A stretch of DNA of 63,775 nucleotides, counting the filler, from Stramenopiles sp. TOSAG23-3 (lineage: Eukaryota): the NCBI GenBank assembly GCA_900128585.1. It is 8 parts of 8 records of this genome, joined end to end, with 100 filler letters (N's around TTAATTAATTAA, not from the genome) between each part and the next. Parts side by side here need not be neighbours in the genome. Positions count along the whole stretch, not along the records: positions 53,391 to 62,141 come from LT642986.1; positions 62,242 to 63,775 come from LT645720.1; 6 more parts are not named here. One strand, given 5' to 3'. The notes beneath the pieces are model-generated. The model saw only the letters and a program-made list of their open reading frames with translations. It made no database searches and was not told the origin of the DNA. The position numbers and the translations under genes are program-made. Shown here one piece after another: positions 53,765 through 63,282 of the stretch (positions are counted from its first letter, which is position 1; each line of letters opens with the position of its first letter).

Positions 53765-55207
53765 TTAAATGGAAATGTATATTTTTCGCTTGTCCATCCA
53801 CCACGCAATCCCAACCCAAATGCAAATGTACCCGAGCGTCCAGGCCATAACGAGGCCCCGCTTCTCCTCGTGCTCCATGGGGGTCTCGAACCGTTGCTCC
53901 AGCGAGCTCGATACGCCCCAGTAGTACCCTGGCCAAAGCATGTTGGAAAGGCATTTCTCCGGCTTTCCCCAGTAAAATATAGAGAGGGCCCACTGGATAA
54001 TACCAGCCTCTGCACCAACGTAAATCGTGATTGCGTTCCTCCCGACCCAAATGAAAGGGGACGCCAGCCTGTCGAAGGACAGCACGTCGACGACGACGTA
54101 CCAAAAACTAAGCAGGAGTGCCCCCAGCCCGCTAGTCACCAACAAAAAGGACAAGGTGAACAAGTTCGTGTTCAGCGGCATCCACTCGGTGGCTTCGAAA
54201 AGAATACCTAGAAATAGCCACACTGCGCCAAAGGCGCACCAGTGCACCAGCCGCTGGCGGTGCCGCTCGGGGCCAAACTCCAAAAGAACTTTGCCGATGT
54301 GAACCCCCGTCAGCGTCCCCGCCGCGGCGGTCAGCTGGCTCACCAGGCCCTCCGGGTCAAACGGCGCGGTCGTGCACCACGGGTAGTCGACTGCCGACCC
54401 GTTCGGCGCCGTGCAGAGCCCGGGGGCACACTTCGAGCACTCCAGCATTCTGTTAAATGTCATCCCAGCCTCTGCAGCGTTACCCCCGTTCGATGGAAAG
54501 TACATGTGGCCCTCTCCCAAAACGGCGGCGTCCACCAGCCGTTGTGGGTTGCACGCGGGGGTGAAGGTCCCCGGAACACACTCTTCGTTGAAGTCTGACG
54601 GCACCGATACCCCGTACATGATGCCGACCCAAAGCAACGACAGCACTACGACGCCGGCCCAGTGGTGGATGGAGAGCCAGAAGACCCCTGCGTGGGACGA
54701 GTCCGCGGGGTTTCGGTTCCTGCAACCCGCAAAGCAGCAACACAGGCTGCTTCCGTAGATTTCCACCACGGCGGCGACGAGATAGCAGACGGCGACCCTC
54801 TGGAGAATCCCCATGGTTCTTACGTGTTCCACGTCGTAGTTGAAAATGTCCACTCCGCCCTGAGTGGCCACCCCCAAGACGAATATTTTGAAAAACCTCC
54901 ATATGGCTTTCTTGAGCGCGCCCCACCTTTTCCCCGCGTTGGTTTTGTCGAGCTTGCTGAAAGCCAACGCAACACTGCACCCAACAATAAAGTCAAACAT
55001 TGGCATGGTCGCGTCCGCGAGCGAAATCCCGTTCCACGGGGAGTGGTCGATCGCGGGGTAAGCCGCCCCGGCGTTGTCGACTAGAATCATGTTTACCACG
55101 GTCATTCCACGGAGTGCATCCAAAGCTAGCACGCGCTTCTTCTTTGCCCTGGGCTTTTCCGACGTTTGCACCGCGTCCGTATCGGACAGCACAAGCGGAA
55201 CGTCCAT
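53765..55207 (-). CDS. HGSNAT: Heparan-alpha-glucosaminide N-acetyltransferase-like membrane protein
   Basis: RVLALDALRGMTVVNMILVD, DHSPWNGISLADATMPMFDFIVG (catalytic His), MGILQRVA, PFDPEGLVS, GRNAITIY. ATG 55207. Confidence 0.9.
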   Translation of the reverse strand: MDVPLVLSDTDAVQTSEKPRAKKKRVLALDALRGMTVVNMILVDNAGAAYPAIDHSPWNGISLADATMPMFDFIVGCSVALAFSKLDKTNAGKRWGALKKAIWRFFKIFVLGVATQGGVDIFNYDVEHVRTMGILQRVAVCYLVAAVVEIYGSSLCCCFAGCRNRNPADSSHAGVFWLSIHHWAGVVVLSLLWVGIMYGVSVPSDFNEECVPGTFTPACNPQRLVDAAVLGEGHMYFPSNGGNAAEAGMTFNRMLECSKCAPGLCTAPNGSAVDYPWCTTAPFDPEGLVSQLTAAAGTLTGVHIGKVLLEFGPERHRQRLVHWCAFGAVWLFLGILFEATEWMPLNTNLFTLSFLLVTSGLGALLLSFWYVVVDVLSFDRLASPFIWVGRNAITIYVGAEAGIIQWALSIFYWGKPEKCLSNMLWPGYYWGVSSSLEQRFETPMEHEEKRGLVMAWTLGYICIWVGIAWWMDKRKIYISI

Positions 55208-55577
55208 TATTTTCTGTCCAGCAGCGACAACTCTCGGGTGTAACACGGAATAAATCGTCAACAACAGTTGAGTACACACAGACACACGTTAATATATGCA
55301 GTTGAACGTAAACATCCCAAACCCCACGATTCTAAATTCCTTTCTACCTACAACAAAATATATTTTTTTGACTGTATAAATTCGTAATTAGAATTAACAA
55401 ACAGTCAAAGTTCCTCCACCAAAAAAAGAAGAAAAAGATTAATAAAAAAAATAATAATTAAAATAATATTATTAATAATAATTTTATTTTTTTATTATTA
55501 TGATATTATTTTTATAATATTATTATTTTATCTATTATTAGTAATATACTAAAATAATTAAAAAAAAATCATCTCAA

Positions 55578-55612
55578 TTCTTCTTTCTTTCTTTTTTTCT
55601 TTCTTTCTTTCT

Positions 55613-55672
<60 letters not shown>

Positions 55673-55676
55673 TCNN

Positions 55677-55715
<39 letters not shown>

Positions 55716-56107
55716 TCGACTCTTTCTTTCTTTCGACTCTTTCTTTCTTTCTTTCGACTCTTTCTTTCTTTGGATGGCTTGTCTCTCCCCTGTTCTCCTT
55801 TTTTTTAAATTAAATTATTAAGTTGTATTATATAGCTATATATATAGACACAGCATATTAATAAGAAGAAAAGTCGATTATTTTAGTTAATAATACATGT
55901 AATAACAAGGAAAAAAATAATTATAAGTAATAACAGAATTTAATTATTAGCTGATATGGTGGTAGTGGTCTATTATTGAAGAATAGAAAGAGAAGAAGAA
56001 AGAAGAAATAAAAGAGAAGGAAGAAGAAATAAAAGAGAAAAGAAGAAGAAGAAAAAGAAGAAGAAAGAAGAAGAAGAAAGAAGAAGAAGAAGAAGAAAGA
56101 AGAAGAA
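55578..56107. repeat. (TTTC)n tract (55578-55770) and (AAG)n tract (55985-56107) in a divergent intergenic region
   Basis: Visible tandem repeats. Confidence 0.92.
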
Positions 56108-56386
56108 AAAAAATAATTATTTCTTCATAATATTATAAGTTGTTTATAATAATAAATACACGAGGAAAACGATTAGAGATTAAGATCATTTAAATACTAG
56201 TTCTTGTTCATGATTAGAAAGAAGAAGATCATTATAGTGTAATTAACCATATTGTTCAAGAAAGAAAGAAGAGCGGGGTTTATTTCGTTGCATTGGACTA
56301 TTTCGTTGTCCGCGTCTCAGCAAGTTTCAGTGTACGTCCGTTCGCGTATATAATAATACAGAGGAGGTGATTTTCCGTTAGGGACC

Positions 56387-57553
56387 ATGTCTGCGCTGCT
56401 TCGGGTCAAGAAGAGGATCGTTTCAAAGTTTTCCGAAACTGGGGCTGGAAAAAAGGCCATCATTAATTTGTTAGGGGTGGAAGGCGGGAAAGCCCTCGAT
56501 GCATTGATGTGCATAATCGAGGACTTCGATGGCCCAGATTTTCGAAAGCAAATGGAGGGCACTATCCTCAAACTGGTAGCCAAGGCCGGAATGATATACT
56601 CCGGGAAGCGTTTGGACAGTCGCAAGACGCAGCTGAGGATGGAGAAGCCAGTCGCGCGGCTTTGCGAACTTCTGATACAATCGACCTCGGAGGTAGCGTC
56701 CGAGGGAGCCCTGCAAATCGTGGACAGCGCGAGCGCCTCCGGCGGCAAACGGGGTTCCAAACGGCGCTCGAGCCTGTCGGCGCGGGAGGCCAGGGACGTG
56801 GCCTACAGACGGCAAATGCGCCGCCCGTCCACTGCCGTGTTCGAGCCGGACTCCATCCCGGAGCGGGATCTGCTGAACAAGCTCACGGACTCCATCCGAA
56901 CGGTGTGCACGCTTCTTAACGCCCTTTTAACCGGGCACATGACGGAGAAGAACCGCTCGAAAATCGACATGCTCTCGAAGGCGTTTCGAAGGCAACAGTT
57001 CCTGACGTACGTTCTGAACTCTCCCGGGTGCACGGAACACCGGGCGACGCTGCACCAGGCGTTTGAATTCTGGAGCGCACTAGCACGATTTAAGCCAAGC
57101 GAGGAGGCACTGGCAGAGCGCGAAGAGCTCTATCGCATGCGGTACGAGGCACTCAAAGACACCCTTGCCATCAACGATTTTCTAGACAACCCTCAGTACC
57201 AAAAGTTTCTTCAGCTCTACATTGTCTTTTCAGGGTCTCTTTCTGATTCAATTCCATTCTACAACGCGGTCGTTGGGTACCGAGAAATATCCAGCACACG
57301 GATGTGCATGTCCAGAGCCCCCGGGATTCTTCATAAGTTTTTGAAAGGAAAGTGCACCGGTGTAACCGAGGAGGAAACTGAGCGGATAGCAAAGCTCATC
57401 GATGACGGGAAAGTGAACAAGCGAACGTTCAACCAGGCGCAGGAGCAAGTACTCGGGAGACTGAAGGCGTTGTACCCTGACTTCCTGAAGTCTGACGCGC
57501 ACGAACAATTTCTAGAAGAGGTGTTTAAGATCGCCCGCAAGGGGAAAAAGTAG
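56387..57553 (+). CDS. TNFAIP8/TIPE (DUF758)-like domain fused to a C-terminal RGS domain
   Basis: LRVKKRIVSKF..ALDALMCII..ILKLVAKAGMIY and LLNALLTGHMTEKNRSKIDMLSKAF..QFLTYVL match the TIPE pattern. FLDNPQYQKFL..SIPFYNAV..ILHKFL..TFNQAQEQVLGRLKALYPDFLKSD is an RGS box. Confidence 0.75.
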   Translation: MSALLRVKKRIVSKFSETGAGKKAIINLLGVEGGKALDALMCIIEDFDGPDFRKQMEGTILKLVAKAGMIYSGKRLDSRKTQLRMEKPVARLCELLIQSTSEVASEGALQIVDSASASGGKRGSKRRSSLSAREARDVAYRRQMRRPSTAVFEPDSIPERDLLNKLTDSIRTVCTLLNALLTGHMTEKNRSKIDMLSKAFRRQQFLTYVLNSPGCTEHRATLHQAFEFWSALARFKPSEEALAEREELYRMRYEALKDTLAINDFLDNPQYQKFLQLYIVFSGSLSDSIPFYNAVVGYREISSTRMCMSRAPGILHKFLKGKCTGVTEEETERIAKLIDDGKVNKRTFNQAQEQVLGRLKALYPDFLKSDAHEQFLEEVFKIARKGKK

Positions 57554-57794
57554 TTTGGGGTGGGGGGGGTCAGAAATTACGACCAAAACCGTCTCTAAAG
57601 TACACCTCCGAGTTTTCGAACATGTTTTACAAGTAATAAAAACAAAATAATGGCTGTTGTATTTGTGTGAGATAAATTTACATCGACGCAAATCGACATA
57701 TCTTACCGATTCGGATCATGCATGGAGTGCACATGAGAATGATAGTCAAGACTAAGTGTATTGGGTGTATTGATAGCTTGTAGAAAAAATTCAG

Positions 57795-57890
57795 GAGCAG
57801 AGACAAGTTCGCAGTTTATGAAGAAGATAAATTTGAATTATAGTACTGAAATATTTTCTTGTTTTAAATAACAGCCAATTTTTTCATTTT
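57795..57890. repeat. Repeat module shared with 21205-21392
   Basis: GAGCAGAGACAAGTTCGCAGTTTATGAAG followed by AAATAACAGCCAATTTT. Confidence 0.8.
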
Positions 57891-57931
57891 TAAAACAATT
57901 TCTTGAATTTTACTCGTATCTTATCATATGT

Positions 57932-57980
57932 NNNNNNNNNNNNNNNNNNNNNNNNNNNNNNNNNNNNNNNNNNNNNNNNN
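57932..57980. other. Scaffold gap (49 N, no linker 12-mer)
   Basis: N run without TTAATTAATTAA, flanked by repeat-family modules. Confidence 0.9.
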
Positions 57981-58083
57981 CTCAAAAACAATTAAGCCGC
58001 TGCTTGGAAGATCGTACAAGGATTGAGTTATCTCTGAGTGAGATATCGGATGAGGCCGACAACGGACAAAAGGAATTAAATTG

Positions 58084-58307
58084 TTCATTGGAAATTATAT
58101 CATCTCCTCGATGATTTTGACAACCAACAATGAAACAAAATTACAGAACCAAGTTAGGATTAGGGTATTAATATGAGGAAGCTAAATTTAATTACTTTTT
58201 AAAAATAACAGCCAATTTTCTTGTTTTTATATGAATATATGATATTTTAAAGTAGAGGAAGATAAATTTACGAGTAATTACTTAAATAACAGCCAGTTTT
58301 TGTTTTT
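58084..58307. repeat. Composite A/B repeat copy, reverse orientation relative to 27585
   Basis: 58141-58229 is the reverse complement of 27585-27662 with small indels; 58084-58140 resembles 26768-26829; extra AAATAACAGCCA at about 58284. Confidence 0.85.
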
Positions 58308-58327
58308 ATACATATGATACCTACACG

Positions 58328-60068
58328 CTACTGCCACAGCAGCCACGCGTTGCATGCAATGTGCCCTGCGGCAATACCAAAGAGAGCCAGGAGACAGCCA
58401 AGATTCATTCCAGTGCTCTCTGGGATTAGCGCCCAATTCTTGGCCAAAACGGAGGCGTGGTAGAGCACGTACAGCGAGTCGGCATGGAACATAGTGCGCA
58501 GGTACCGCAGTAACACAGAATCGGAGGCCAGCACACGAGTTGGCAGAAAGAATAGCGCGGACGACAAAGCGCACGTCAAAACCATTTCTGCGAGCATGTA
58601 CTGCGAGCTAACGAAAAAGTGCCCGATCGCGACAATGCACAGCTTCAACACTGAGCAAAGACGCAGCCGTTTTGTGCTGCCTTCGTCACCAGCCTCAGTG
58701 CGAAGGGGGGGGGGCAGAGTAACTTGAGCACGCCCCGAACGCCAGGCCGCTTCCAAACCCCAGGCCAACCAAACTCAGCGGGCGAAACGCCCCCCAGCTA
58801 ATAAAGTAACCTGCTACGATACCGCTCGCGTGCCCCAAAAAGGATACCCGCGGCACGATGACTTGAATTAGCAGCAAGGAAATGAAAGGCCCCAAATTGA
58901 ACTTAAACCCTAGCCCAAAAGGGTTCCACGTGGGCAAGCAGAAGTTCTTGAACAAGGAGGGAAGAATGGGGATCGGACAGTACTTTGCTTGGCTCAGACT
59001 TTGCACGACTATCCAACCAAACAGCACCCCTGAGTATCCCACCGACTTTCCATTTCGAACGTACGCAGTGTACCGCCCACCTCGATATCGAAGCAGAAGG
59101 TGCTGCATCAGTGTGTGGAACCCGCTTGAGACCACCACCAAGATGAACGTGTAGTTCAAGTAGAGCACCGCCCCTAAAGTCGCCTCCATTGTTCCGACCG
59201 GGTACAGAGACGCCATGTTGAACAGAACGTGCAAAAACGAAGCGTGGGAGAAAGTGGATGTGAAAATGCGAGAGAATTGGTGATCTTCTACTATGTGTGT
59301 GTACCCAATTGAGACCTCTGCCAGGCTTTTGTTGTACCATTTCTGGTGAATAAAAATGATGACCATAACAAAAATCAGCATGCATGTCTGTGGCATTACT
59401 TTAATGTCACGAAAAAATGGCGATTGTTCGAGCTGCATTTGGGACCGTTGCGACGCCGCACTACCCGCGTTTTCTCCACCAATTCCTCCATCTGAACCTC
59501 CTCCCCCAAATACAATAGACAGCAATCCTGGGGAAGAGTCCGAAGCGACATTTCCGCTGCCCAGCTCGAAAGGCGCTGCGTCGTCTGATCGGCCAAAGCT
59601 TTCCAGGGTGAAAGACACCGCCTGAGTCCAACCCATTTTGGGGGGAACGACCACCTTGGCTGGGACGCCCACACTGCTGGAAATCATTTCTCCGTAAAAG
59701 TCTAAATACCAGATACACATCTGACTGTTTATCGAAATCCGAAAAAATCGAAGCATGGGCAGCTTTTTGATCCGCTTCTGTTGTCGGATCAGTTTCTCAA
59801 CGCCCACAAGGTCTGGCAGGCCCGTCTTTTTTTTGGGACCGCTTGTTGTTGCATACGTGTCCTCTTTTTCAAAGCAACCAAACGGCAAAAGATCCGCAGT
59901 CTTCGCATTCACGGCACACTTTTTCTTGTAGTAATACTTACCATTCATATTTTTTATATGTCCATTTGACAATTCCACACCAAATCTATTTTCATGATTG
60001 TACAACAAGACCCCGCCGCTTAGTAACAGGAAGACTAAGAGGAACAACAGTAGTTTCCCACCACACAT
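58328..60068 (-). CDS. Rhomboid-family intramembrane serine protease; probable one-base frameshift at 58705-58714
   Basis: RIFTSTFSHASFLHVLFNM, SVGYSGVLFG (catalytic Ser), SFLGHASG (catalytic His). The hydrophobic ORF 58328..58768 continues the protein if one C is removed from the C10 run. Confidence 0.85.
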
Positions 60069-60530
60069 GACCAGTTTCTTTGAGGATAAGCGACAGTCGT
60101 TCGATCGGTTTCAAAAATTCAAACATTCCATAGCATTCGTTTACCTGCCCGGCCGTCGTATTGAACAAACGATTGTGTCGGCCGTCTATAATAGTTTGAA
60201 AACCAACCGCACCATATAATTATTAAATCTAAACTTTTTCTGGAACAATAGAGGAGTACGTTACCGTGTTCACTTCTTAGTCTATATTATAATAAAATTA
60301 ATAGTCGTGGGTGGTGATTGATGATTGAGATGATGAAGAAGAAGAAATAAAGAAAGGAGGAGGAGGAAAGACAACAAATTATTTTTCATTGTTTTTGATG
60401 ATGATGCTGCTGCTGCTGTGATGTAAAATATATCATATAATAATAATTTTAAAAAACAAATTCAAAAGTAAAAAAAATGATATTAATTAACAACAAGAAA
60501 GCGGAGGAGCGAATATGTAGACGAATAATT

Positions 60531-61694
60531 TTAAATTTGGCAAACAAGTATTCCATTGGAAAATGGACTTCCAAGGAGTACTGTGTTGCCATATCGAGAC
60601 GCTGCAGATATTTGGGACAATTTTGTACCGTCATGAAGGATTGGGTGTGATATGGTGAACTCTGGAGAAATCACCCCCATACCTCCCGGCACAACTTTGT
60701 GCTCATTATAGTTTTTTTTCAGATCGTTGAGCACTGGGACATACGGCAAGGGGATTGAGCCATAGATTATCTCTTCTGTGACAGGGTCAAATTCAATATT
60801 GTCACCCATAAAGTCAAGCTTTATGGGATGCGCTTTTGAAAGGGTGGTCTTGTCGTTTGGATCACCCCGATTGTAGACGTGGATCATTTTGAACACCACA
60901 TCGTTCACAAATATATGCGTCCGGTCTGAGGAGGTAGTTATTCCATTCGCCATGCCAAACTTTTCAGTGCCTTTCGGGACACTACATTCCGTTTCTCCAG
61001 TAGACTCATCCCATGTGCATCGATAGAGATTGGTAAACTTCATCCCCATTAAATTGATAGGGAGAGCCCACCCCAACTTTGCCCGCTCTTGCGGAGTCAC
61101 AGGATGCAATTTTCCCCCAGCGGGGTAACCGTAGGGCAACCATTTTGTAACAAATATTTCACCCTTCTCCGCGCCCTCCACAACATCGTTGATGCTGTAC
61201 AACTCAAACAAGTTTGACTTGATCGTGAAAAGGTGCTTCAATGTTACGGACGACGGACTATCGCTGTAGTCGATTCCAAATACTTCAATGCCAGAGTAGT
61301 TCTGGGCATGGTTGACGGCGTATAAAAGATCGGTGGAGTTTGACACGTAAATGCCATGCGGCTGAAACCGGTACCCCGGGGGGAAATTTTCTATGATCGC
61401 TTTTTGCGGAAGAATCTTCCGCTTCATATTGACAAACCAGATGTGCCCAGGGGACGCAGAAAAGCTACCGTGAATGAAACAATTGTGTAGATCTCCCTGC
61501 GATATGAATACATTCGAATGCTTCCCTATGCAAAAGTCTTCACTCCCCACCATACCGGTTGGCGCGACAAGATTGCAAGCACCGTCCGTGTACTTTAACT
61601 CGGTAAACAAACCCAAGAATTGCACGTAGTTGTAAAGCCAGGTCACAAACAAAGTCACCAGAACTAATGCCTGGCTCTTTGAGACTTTAACCAT
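60531..61694 (-). CDS. Paraoxonase/arylesterase-like six-bladed beta-propeller
   Basis: N-terminal hydrophobic anchor; GSEDF, FQPHGI, LYAVNH, SINDV, MANGI, GDNIEFD. ATG 61694. Confidence 0.9.
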   Translation of the reverse strand: MVKVSKSQALVLVTLFVTWLYNYVQFLGLFTELKYTDGACNLVAPTGMVGSEDFCIGKHSNVFISQGDLHNCFIHGSFSASPGHIWFVNMKRKILPQKAIIENFPPGYRFQPHGIYVSNSTDLLYAVNHAQNYSGIEVFGIDYSDSPSSVTLKHLFTIKSNLFELYSINDVVEGAEKGEIFVTKWLPYGYPAGGKLHPVTPQERAKLGWALPINLMGMKFTNLYRCTWDESTGETECSVPKGTEKFGMANGITTSSDRTHIFVNDVVFKMIHVYNRGDPNDKTTLSKAHPIKLDFMGDNIEFDPVTEEIIYGSIPLPYVPVLNDLKKNYNEHKVVPGGMGVISPEFTISHPILHDGTKLSQISAASRYGNTVLLGSPFSNGILVCQI

Positions 61695-61944
61695 GACCGC
61701 TTCTTTCCTCTGCTGAGTCGAAATAATACGTACAATTTGAAGCAAAACGGGGCTATCTATAAATTAACCCAAGAAAATCGTACAAATTCAAGATGTTTAT
61801 TGCTCTAAACAATTACTGTCTGTTTAAATTAATCTTCCGAAGAAGATAGATATTTTTGTAACGAGGACTATTTTAATACAACAACAACAACAAAAAACAA
61901 TAATAATTTCTTTTTTTTTTATTTTTATTATTATTTTTAAAAAA

Positions 61945-62141
61945 AGAAGAAAGAAGAAGAAGAAAGAAGAAGAACCAACAAGTAATTTTTCCCATACGAC
62001 AGAAAAAGAAGAAGAAGAAAGAAGAAGAAAAAGAAGAAGAAGAAAGAAGAAAGAAGAAGAAAAAGAAGAAGAAGAAAGAAGAAGAAGAAGAAGAAGAAGA
62101 AGAAGAAGAAGAAGAAAGAAGAAGAAGAAGAAGAAGAAGAA
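61945..62141. repeat. (AAG)n microsatellite at a contig end
   Basis: Visible tandem repeat. Confidence 0.95.
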
Positions 62142-62241
62142 NNNNNNNNNNNNNNNNNNNNNNNNNNNNNNNNNNNNNNNNNNNNTTAATTAATTAANNN
62201 NNNNNNNNNNNNNNNNNNNNNNNNNNNNNNNNNNNNNNNNN
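62142..62241. other. Artificial contig linker
   Basis: 44N-TTAATTAATTAA-44N. Confidence 0.98.
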
Positions 62242-62643
62242 TTTTTTCATAAAAAAAAAAAGAAGATCTTTTATTTCTGCTTCTTTCCTGCTATTCAATG
62301 TATTTAAAATGGATTAAATGTTAAATCTATATGTTGAACTTGCTGAAATTGTTTAATTCAATGTTGTGTATATGTAAACTATTGTTTTTGTAGTTATTTT
62401 GTATTATAATATGAAATACCTATTTAATAAGCAGAAGGTTCTTTACCTTCAAATTATGGCAATATTCAGATGTATATTTGTAATTAATTTAAAATATGTT
62501 ATCTAAATAGGAAAGAAGAAGAAAGAAAGAAGAAAGAAGAAGCAATTGATTCTATTAAGTACCGAACCGTTAATTATATCCGATAAGTACTTTTTTACCT
62601 ATATACTAGACTATTGGTATACGAGGATTTGTAATTCTCGGAT

Positions 62644-63114
62644 TCAATAAAACAAACAATTGCCGAAACCACAACACCCGACTATCAGCACTAGTGGAAG
62701 AGGGGCAAAATAGATGGAACCAAAAACAATCATCACAGTGGCACCCGTGCTAGGTCCGATAGCGATTCCGCACCAAATCAAGGCGGCTCCCAGCACCCAG
62801 CAAACGGTGAAGCAGGCGCCGCCGATATGAAAACGGCAGCGCCCGTCCTTCGGTAGGCAGCATAACAAAATCACCAACACGGATGGGGTACGGAACATCC
62901 TTTCGAGACAGCCATAGCACGAATCTGCCAGAGAATTTGGTTCCTGGGCACTGCTGTTATCGTCTTTAAAAGACAAACGAACGTCGGCCCTGATAAGCTC
63001 GGCCTTGCCGTTGTTGTCTTGTTCGGCTCCAGACAGTGCCTCACCCTGTTTGACAGTAGGTTCATCTGGATAACCCTTCACCTTTCCGAAACCGTTTGGG
63101 TCTAGATGTTTCAT
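62644..63114 (-). CDS. Small Cys-rich membrane protein (2-3 TM), hypothetical
   Basis: 156-aa ORF filling a GC island; hydrophobic C-terminal segments flanked by CC pairs. Confidence 0.65.
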   Translation of the reverse strand: MKHLDPNGFGKVKGYPDEPTVKQGEALSGAEQDNNGKAELIRADVRLSFKDDNSSAQEPNSLADSCYGCLERMFRTPSVLVILLCCLPKDGRCRFHIGGACFTVCWVLGAALIWCGIAIGPSTGATVMIVFGSIYFAPLPLVLIVGCCGFGNCLFY

Positions 63115-63282
63115 AACAGCAGCCTGACAATAGCTGGTTCATCCCCTGGCATTGTCTCGTACCTCTTCATCGGTTCTCTTTCTTTCTCTCTTGTATTCTA
63201 TAATGGGTATAAAATGCAATGGTTTTCCAGAGAGTATTAATTGTTGAAATGTAATTTGAAATTCTTTTTTTAATAGTCAACG

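Noticed and set aside
57981-58114. Open frame after the scaffold gap (QKQLSRCLEDRTRIELSL..)
   Set aside because: About 43 codons, no start or motif, and it runs into a repeat; cannot be called a gene end.
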